Shown here in pieces: positions 60,799-64,000 of a stretch of 64,000 bases of DNA. Position 1 is the stretch's first letter, and every line of letters begins with the position of its first letter. The notes beneath the pieces are model-generated. The model was not told where the DNA came from. It did not search any database and saw only the letters and a list, made by a program, of their open reading frames with translations. The stretch spans positions 3,348,001 to 3,412,000 of the forward strand of contig CM119371.1 of the NCBI GenBank assembly GCA_051294905.1, in the 5' to 3' direction. A program made the position numbers and the translations under genes. Source of the stretch: Botryllus schlosseri (Eukaryota).

Positions 60799-61189
60799 CT
60801 AAGAAAAAAAAACATGATTATTTTTCTGCGTGCCAAGTTCCATACATAGCCTTATTAGAACATTATGAATTCTTTTATTTTCTTCGATATCCTTCGGAAT
60901 ATTGTTTGCGCAACGAACAAAATGTACGGTATTTGAATACCTTGTCAAATGTTTTAGATCTGTGATTCCCAACCGCGGCCCTGAGGGCCGCATGCGGCCC
61001 CCACAAAAATATTGAGAAATCGATTCATGAAAAAAAATATATTTATAAAATACTCTTGCTTGGCTTGGCTTAAGTATAGATATAGGTATTGACAGGACCG
61101 TAACTGCCGCACCCCAAGTCCCCCAATTGAGGGGAGCGAGCTCGAGAGGGTCCCAAAATTATTTAGTGAATTAGCATAAATTATAGAGC

Positions 61190-61320
61190 AGTGCTTTTCA
61201 ACCTGTGTGACGGTTCGTACTCGTGCGAATGAAAAAAATTGTAGTGCGAATGACGAAGGTGATGCGAATAGTGCGAATGAAAATCCGGATCAAGTGCGAA
61301 TGAAAATCGTAAATAATTGA
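61190..61320. repeat. MITE-like end with about five GTGCGAAT(G) subrepeats
   Basis: CAGTGCTTTTCAACC start followed by tandem motif. Confidence 0.5.
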
Positions 61321-62459
61321 TATTTTTTTAACGTGCAATGATTCAAATAAACCTAATAGGAAATTCAAGGGTAGTGTATCTTTTGTAGTGGCGACGTTTT
61401 CGTAAAAAACTTGTTTAACTTACGACGCACCACTAATTGTAGCTCTCACGAGCCTTGGTGAATTAATATTTTCGAACTAAAATTATTACATAACCAAATA
61501 CTTGGTTTGGAAGCTAGTGTAGTGGGAGACATACAGTATATCAGTCCGTCTAAGCCTGCGACAGGCCGGAAGATGACCATTATTACTGAACCACATTTGA
61601 AAGTTACTGTAACGTAAATATTCACCCCTTCAAGGGATATTAAGGTATGGACCGCAAAGGGTGTAATTTGGGGTCGACACGGCGCCAGAGCTATCTGTTA
61701 ATATGTATGTAGGTTGAATTTATTGCAAAAAATCCTGCATTAGTTTTTACACATCCAAGGTGACTGCGTTAGGTACTGTAGCCAATAAGCGAGACACGCA
61801 GAAAATATGTTTGTGTTCCAAGACATAAGGCAAAAGCCTCAACACAAACATGTGGGTTTTCCCCCTTTTGACAAACTGGAGACTCCCGGACCTTTATGTC
61901 AGCTCTCAAAAACGATTTCTGCCAACAACCATTTTTCACTCGCGAAAAATACGGTGTATTTTGGATAGGGGTGCAGAACACATTTTAAGACCTCGCGATC
62001 CAAGCACTAGTAGATGTAATTGCACAAAATCTAACAACTTGTTTGGCCGAGAAGGGCTTTAGTGAAAAAGTTGAAATCAAAACGAGCGAAAAAAGTTGCC
62101 TCTTTAATGAGACACTTATTGCTTAAGACACATAGTTGCCAATATGTTGCGCATCTGAACAAAATGTTGTTAAGTATCTTCATCTTCTTTTTGTACAACA
62201 ACTTTCGATTAGTTTGTGCGAACGAAATTTATTTCACAAAAACAGTGCGAATGGAGCTCAAAAAGATCGAAAAGCACTGTTATAGAGTATTTTATGAAAT
62301 CTTATGCAACTTTTTAAAAGATTTCAAGTTTCCAAGTACCTTAATTATTGGGTACTCTTTGACCAAGACAAAATACGCAAGATTTATAGAAGTGGGCATA
62401 TCGGCGTTGGCCATTACCGCGCCACGACGCACGAAGACATATAAAGTTTTAGGCTATAT

Positions 62460-63340
62460 GTAACATATTACTCCATGGCACTCTTGCAAGATGTGTGCCA
62501 GAACGATCGGCAGCGAGAAAACCTTGGCCGAAAAGGACTGCATTTACGCTGACCCAAAACTTCGTTATGTATATTCAAAATACATATAGGTATAATTGAC
62601 CATAGGCGCCTAAATGACTGGCGCCGAATGTTCCTGTCTTGGCAATCTGAACGCCACGCGACTGATCGGCTACCATTCCGCAGGGAAGAATTATATGCCA
62701 GTGAAGAACTACCAATTTGAAATCGTGTGCATCTTTTAGTTTGGTGTGTTTGGGCGATTCTATATTTCTTGATATAGCAGACTGGAGGTCACAAAATAAC
62801 AAATAACATCATGTAACGAAGTCGTACCAACGGGTCCACCCGTCCGAATATGTCTAATTATTATTTACGGGTCCTACAGTTTCCATGACACCTCACTCAG
62901 CTCTACCGGTAAATTTGATTACGCGAGCAGAGAGGACAAGTAGCCTAATTGATAGCAATATATATATGCAATTCCCAATCTTATTGACCTATTTTATTTT
63001 GAATTGTCGAAAATTTTCGCGCTCCACGCTGGCTCACTAAACGGGGATCCTGATTTCGTGTCAGAAGCGAACAGCGGCACGGGGGGTCAGTTTATCACCC
63101 TATGGGAGCTCAAGACCGAAGTGTTTTTGGGGCCGGACGAAGTGCTGTCACGTTCCTGCCAATGGGTATACCCCCGAAGATGTTTAAATATTATTGAGTG
63201 GTCTTAACTTTTCAAACACAACTCACTCGGCTCAACCGGTCAATCTGATTACGTGAGCAGAGAGATGATAAAAATTGATACCAATATATATGCAATTCCC
63301 GATTCTATTGGCCGATTCGATCATGAATTATAGAAATTTG
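62460..63340. repeat. Dispersed repeat, inverted paralog of about 55750-56340, with an internal partial duplication
   Basis: Reverse-complement matches such as GGCGCCTAAATG, AAATCGTGTGCGTCTTTTAGTTT and CTCTACCGGTAAAT. Confidence 0.7.
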
Positions 63341-64000
63341 TCGCGAGAAGTTGCCTAAAAGGGGCACCCGATTTAGATGATAAATAGCGGTAAACAGCCA
63401 TCTAGCCTGAAGGGATTAGGGGGCTTCGAAGTTCTGTTTATCACCCTATGGGAAGGGGAGGGGGGAAAAACGTGCTGTTACGGCTCTGGGTATTGATAAC
63501 TAATTTACGGATAGATGTGCAAAAAGTGACTCACGATTGAATACCCCGAGATTCGTACTGCCTAGCCGGCAAAAAGCAGCATAATTGGTGGTCCTATAGC
63601 TCGCGACCCAAGCGTCCTAATAATTTGATATGTCGGTGCTTATCGAAAACAAGTGTCGCACTGATTCCAAAAATACGAATTGAAATCTCGCCAGGGCAAT
63701 AAAACTATTCCGAAATAGCCAGCAAAGGTTGATTGCTCTGGACAACGGGAGCGCGGCAACACAATGGCCAATGGCGTCAAGCGAATGCTCGGAACAATGC
63801 CAATTTTCATATTTTGGTGACTATTTTGGGTTCTTTTCATTGCCTTGTTATTCGTGCGGCCCGGCCGTACTCTGAAATTCCAAATTTGGCCCTGCCACCG
63901 AAAAAGGTTGGGAACCACTGTATTAGATGGATAAGATAATCATGTATTTTAAGTAGTCTGAGCTCAAATACAACAGAGATTGGGCTACTTACCGCTTATT

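Noticed and set aside
1-64000. tRNA, rRNA or tRNA-derived SINE
   Set aside because: No cloverleaf, A/B-box pair or rRNA signature recognised by eye; tRNAscan-SE/Infernal would be needed to exclude them.

Overview
AT-rich eukaryotic (invertebrate) genomic DNA; the repeat content and NLR style suggest an ascidian/tunicate, which is an inference only. No rRNA, tRNA or CRISPR array was found. The host backbone is a minus-strand NACHT-LRR (NLR-like) gene reconstructed from at least 9 GT-AG exons between about 60.8 kb and 26.5 kb, with an apparent 1-bp frameshift in the post-NACHT exon. Several decayed minus-strand NACHT/NLR paralog fragments lie between about 4 and 22 kb. The rest is dense with transposons, many with readable target-site duplications (TSDs). 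Highlights: (i) a five-level nest inside one NLR intron: CGGBP1-like hAT > Buster-type MITE > RNase H-containing I/Nimb LINE > TA-flanked element > near-complete ISL2EU/PHIS transposon (THAP-DDE transposase plus SWIM-YqaJ protein); (ii) a 3.2-kb near-perfect palindrome made of two 5' halves of a hATm-like transposon, bounded by one 8-bp TSD; (iii) a foldback element whose arms are degenerate TTAGGG arrays; (iv) a candidate amyloid-signalling (RHIM/BASS-like) N-terminal exon of the NLR. All assignments come from reading the sequence by eye; no database searches were run.
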